From the NCBI RefSeq assembly GCF_009914755.1, contig NC_060935.1: DNA of 64,000 bases. The stretch is one strand, 5' to 3'. This stretch comes from the human T2T-CHM13v2.0 reference genome, Homo sapiens. Position numbers and translations under genes: made by a program. This document shows positions 57,865-64,000 of this stretch, in pieces. A model generated the notes under the pieces. That model was not told where the DNA came from. It searched no databases and was given only the letters and a program-made list of their open reading frames with translations. Every line of letters starts with the position of its first letter. The first letter of the stretch is position 1.

Positions 57865-58788
57865 TCTAAATTTTAGCGGAGCTTAACATTTGAATGTGAT
57901 CAGAGAAAGAGACATGGCCCAGCGAGCAAGTTGGTCAGTTGAAAACAAGGCAGTTCTGGAATGGCAAAAAACCTGAGGGTCCCACAGGGCACTCTTGGGA
58001 GTGCTAATTATTTACAAGAGCCAAAGGATCTTGTGGAACACACCCAAAGGATCTTGGAGGATGCTAAGCAGATGTGGGGCACTTTAACAGTCATGCCAAT
58101 GGGTCATGCAGTACTAGCAGAATGTTTAGAAAAACCGTTCAGCTCCAAGAAAGACCATCCTCCTATTTATCCCTCAACTAAATTCACTTGGTGGGTCAAA
58201 TTCAAAATCCAGCAGAAGGCCTCTAAAAGCTCTTCACGGTAAACAGTTTTCTAGCCTCTGCTCGCAGTTCAACCAAGACCAGAGATGGTCAGAGTCCCCA
58301 CCAGCCAAATCATTAGCACCCAATTACTATTATTACCACTAAACATGTCCCTGGAACTGAGAAATATTCTGTGACAAACAAAAAGATATTTCTTAAACAT
58401 AAAACTGTTTCTCCTTTACAAATATGTATATATACAGTTACTTGGACTAATTAAATAAAAAGATATGAAAAGGATACATAAAGAAAGAGATAAGTTTATC
58501 AGCAGGAAGAAGATTAGTGAATAAGATAACTGAAAATTAAACGTGGATTATTTGGTGGCCAAAGAAAAAGAGGGTACAGAATGTTTTTCATAGTTGACCT
58601 TGACTTACAGAAGTAGGGAAAATTGATTTTTAAGTGATATTTAGGTATTCCCATGTAAATATTTAAAATATTATTATTACAAATACAAAAGTTTAAATGG
58701 CTTTTTTGAAAATGTTATAAACTTAATTCAAGTTCCAAAGAAACACTTTTGATAAAAAGTGTTTCTTAAGTAATTAATATGATTTTCA

Positions 58789-58916
58789 GGCCGGGCATGG
58801 TGGCTCATGCCTGTAATCCCAGCATTTTGGAAAGCCAAGATGAGAGGATCACTTGAGGCCAGGAAATTAAGACCAGCCTGGGCAACATAGGGACACCCCA
58901 TCTCTACAAAAAAAAT
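58789..58916 (+). mobile_element. FLAM / Alu left monomer
   Basis: Single monomer followed by an A-tail. Confidence 0.8.
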
Positions 58917-60099
58917 TAAAATATGTAAAATTTTAAGAAGAAAATGGGATTAATTTTCTTTTGAAAATTAATCCCAGATCCCATAAAATGGAAACAGGAA
59001 TAATTGTTGTAGCAATGCTAACACTCTTTTGTTAGGAATAAGTACATGAGCATACTTAAGAAGGGATGGAGATTTAGAGAAAAAGGTGGACTAGGCAGGC
59101 TTGGAGAGCCATAATGACTTGGCCAACATGTACGGAATTGAGGAGATGTTGAAAAGATGGTTCTATATTTGGGCTCCCTGGAATAATAGCAGCCCCTCAG
59201 GCTTTCAGGCCAACAGATAAAATCTCAGTTCCCTGTCACCCATCACTCTGACAGCCTCGTTGTCACTCACCCCATTCTAGCCCAAGAGAACTCCATTTAA
59301 AACAGGTAAGTGATTTTTTTTATTGCTGTGAGTAAAATTACAGTCTAGATAGGAAATGCCCCATCTAGACTAGATGTTATGGGACCTAAAGTAGGTGGCT
59401 GAAAATACTAGTACTATTGTCTGGACTTGGGTAGACAGAGTTGGAGAGACTAAAGCAGTGCGGGGTGGAGCCACTTGTACTGGCTCATCTGTGCATATTC
59501 CTTGCAAACTTCACATTCAGTGATGTCACGTTGATACCTTGAAAATGACCTTGGTGGGAGTACATACACTGCCAAAACTGGCAAACACTACAATGCAGGG
59601 CTTTAATTGATTGACTGATCTTTGTGTGTGTATTTTAGCTGGGTTACCAGCACACCACCAAACCACAGTCATAAATATGGGCTATGCCAGTAGAATGGAA
59701 AATGCTGTCTGGGATGGCAGAATGAGGAGACTCTGGGCATGGGGAACCTTTTTACCTCTCAATGTGCCAAAGAACTCTGACCCCGGAGCCCCTCCAAAGA
59801 AGGTTCTACATTGGCTCTGATCCTGACTACTGTAACTATCCAAGGTATTAAAGGGACTTATTTACGGCTACCCTGCCCTGATACTTCACACTCACCCAAT
59901 ATTTTGTCATTTGGTTGTTTTGTTAAACATTTTGAGGAGTTGCACTGTGCTGTGATGTACTGAGATCTGGAAAAACACAAAGAAAAACTATAATTCTCAG
60001 ACCTCAGAAAGTCTTAAATCAGTTAGGGGAAACATTGCCAGGTAATCTAACATACTCCTATTCCTGAGATAGGTCCTCTGATAATCAGACTTTTTGTGA

Positions 60100-60470
<371 letters not shown>

Positions 60471-61334
60471 GGAGAGATGATTTTTTAAAATACCCTGAAT
60501 AAGGGTAATTATCTCACGAACACAAAGAAGGGCAATGGAAGTTAATTCTCTGAGATGCTGAAGATACCTGGACCGAGACAGGAGAACATTCATGAGGCAT
60601 TTGAGAAGTTGTCTAGATTAGGTTGAGTAGATAAGCAACTACTCAGGTACCCACAATTTCACCCATAGGCCAGGCTCCAGTCATTGGGCTCTTTAACCTC
60701 TCTTCTTTGCCTCCCAGAAGCAAAATCCTCTTTACTCTCAAAGTACCAAATGGCCATCCTTAGCTTAGTAGGTCCTCTTCAGGCTTCTCTTTTCTATTTA
60801 AGATTTACATTGCTTCATTTGATCTTTTCTTCTGGCTGTTACTTTGTCAGCATAGTGGTGCACACTCTTGGCCATCAACCTCCAATGGCATTTTCATATC
60901 TGTTTTGATTTATTCCACCTCCTTCAGAAGGGCGAATTTCTTCGGGGTATTGTATATTTTCATAGTGCTTGTGTGATCACAGGCTGACCTGGTGGTAGTT
61001 GCTGTCCACAGCAGGCACATCCTAAGGAGCCTCTATTGGGCTCTTGTCGCATAATTTTATTTTTGAAACAATTTCAGCCATTACTTAGAGGCTACTGCAG
61101 GAACCAAAATGGAAGTAAATCTTCCTACTCTGGAAACTGAATTTAGAGATGGGGAGAATGGAACCTGAGAGGCAGGGAAAGAATGATTATGTGTACTTCC
61201 TATGTGCTAGATTCTCAGTCAGGCACTGAATAAATACAGACATGCTACAAGTTGTTTATCTATTATACTTCATTATTTCCTGGATCCCTGAACTTCTGCA
61301 CCACGCTCATCTCCTGAGAATGGGGAAGGGCGTT

Positions 61335-61817
<483 letters not shown>

Positions 61818-61917
61818 TGAAGAGAAATAAGAAACACTGAGGCATCTGCTAGTAAAAATTTTGAACTCTAAGGAGAAAGAGAAAAATCTTACAAACATCC
61901 ACTTAAAAAGAACATAT

Positions 61918-62470
61918 TTCCAGCTTCATCCATGTCCCTACAAAGGACATGAACTCATCCTTTTTTATGGCTGCATAGTATTCCATGGTGTATATGTGCC
62001 ACATTTTCTTCATCCAGTCTATCATTGATGGACATCTGGGTTGGTTCCAAGTCTTTGCTATTGTGAATAGCAATAAACATACGTGTGCATGTGCCTTTAC
62101 AGAAGCCTGATTTATAATCCTTTGGGTATATACCCAGTAATGGGATGGCTGGGTCAAATGGTATTTCTAGTTCCATCATGCAAACTATCGCAAGAACAAA
62201 AAACCAAACACCACAGGTTCTCACTCATAGGTGGGAATTGAACAATGAGAACACTTGGACACAGGAAGGGGAAGATCACACACCGAGGCCTGTTGTGGGG
62301 CGGGCGGGGGGTGCAGAGGGAAAGCATCAGGAGATATACCTAATGTAAATGACGAGTTAACGGGTGCAGCACACCAACATGGCACATGTATACATGTGTA
62401 ACAAACCTGCACGCTGTGCACATGCACCCTAGAACTCAACTATAATAAATATATATATATATTTTAAAAA
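61918..62470 (+). mobile_element. Short 5'-inverted (twin-primed) L1PA insertion
   Basis: Antisense part ~61918-62174, sense part ~62174-62450; TSD AAAAAGA(A/G)CATATT; empty site at 15891-15910. Confidence 0.9.
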
Positions 62471-62877
62471 AAGAGCATATTATCTACAGGAGAAGAATGA
62501 TGCTGGAATTAGACTTTTTATCTCCAACGCTGGAACGGACAGTGGCATAGCAGTTAAGGACTACTGAGAGAAAGGACTACAGCCCAACAATCCTGTACCC
62601 AGCCAAGATGTGGCCCCTCTGTCAGGGTGAAGGAAAGATACACAGCAATTCAGTTTATCTCCTGTGTCCCCCACAGAGAAACCTACTTGAGAGAAGACTT
62701 TCCAAACATTATCACTTATGTGAACCTGAACAACAATTCATGGAAATGTAAAGGAAAGAACACAAATCTCTGGGCTTCACCACTAGAGGTTGTGGTTCAG
62801 TGGTTTGCGGTCTAAATTTTCATTTTTTACAAGTTCCCAATTAATGCTAATGCTGCTAGTCTGGGAACACACTTTGA

Positions 62878-63223
<346 letters not shown>

Positions 63224-64000
63224 TGAAATGCTGTATAATAAAATTAATTTTATCATAGGCTAGTTGATATGAACAAGAGTCACAAAAACATCACCAAACG
63301 TCTAAATAAAGATTCAACACACTTAGAGTATTAAACTTAGAAATAAATGTGAGCTGTACATACAATTAAGAAAGCCTAATAAAACCTAGTAAGATTATTA
63401 TTCACCCAATTTTTGGTGAGTCAGTGAGTGATGGCGGTCGTAGTTGTGGTAAGTTAAATCAAGGAATAAATGCTTGCAGAGAAAAAATTGTAAGGAGCAC
63501 CTCCTACTACTACACAGTTAAAAAATCAATAATGACAGACACGGCAGGCTGGCTGATCTATCTTGTACTTTCATCGTTATTGTCTTGCATTTGTATGATT
63601 ACCACGTTTTATGAATTTTTATTTTTCAATAATTTGTATTCATTCCTTCATTTTCCAACCTGCTGATTCCAGTTCAGAGTGGCAGGTGGCTGGAACCTAT
63701 CGGCAGCTCAAGGTGTGAGGCAGGAACCAACGCTGGACAGGACCCCATCCGGGGCTCAGGGCACACCCCCATACTGGGACCATAGAGATGTCACTTCATT
63801 TAATGTGCACATCTTTGGGATGTGGGAAGAAACAAGAGTATCCAGAGAAAAACCACAAAGACATGGGGAGAATATGCAAACCCCACGCAGACATTGGCCT
63901 GCCAGAAGTCAATTTTTTAAGTTAATATTATAATAAAATGATATTATTTGAGGCTGGACACAGTGGCTCATGCCTGTAATCCCAGCACTTTGGGAGACCA

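Noticed and set aside
59230-59312. Isolated CAG|GTAAGT donor suggesting an exon
   Set aside because: No convincing reading frame or partner exons.

Overview
Primate (human-like) genomic DNA, mostly interspersed repeats. It resembles the SSU72-like retrogene cluster on human 11p15.4; that location is inferred from family knowledge, not shown by the sequence. The main structure is a large inverted segmental duplication (arms ~4877-21704 and ~28335-39588). Each arm carries an intact, intronless 194-aa SSU72-like CTD phosphatase ORF, and the two genes are convergent. The left arm holds an internally deleted HERV-H provirus with both LTRs; the right arm has only a solo LTR7 at the same site. A more diverged layer of inverted homology extends inward to ~22410/27430, and a complete SVA sits in the spacer. 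Each SSU72L promoter has a TATA box and a duplicated ~140-bp module with DUX4-type motifs, perfect only in the right arm. At ~2064-2312 (- strand) there is a decayed exon that translates to a pyrin (PYD) domain. The last 2.2 kb is a third, more diverged copy of the repeat unit. The rest is L1, Alu, MaLR, MER6 and L2 fragments. All identities and subfamily calls are by eye.
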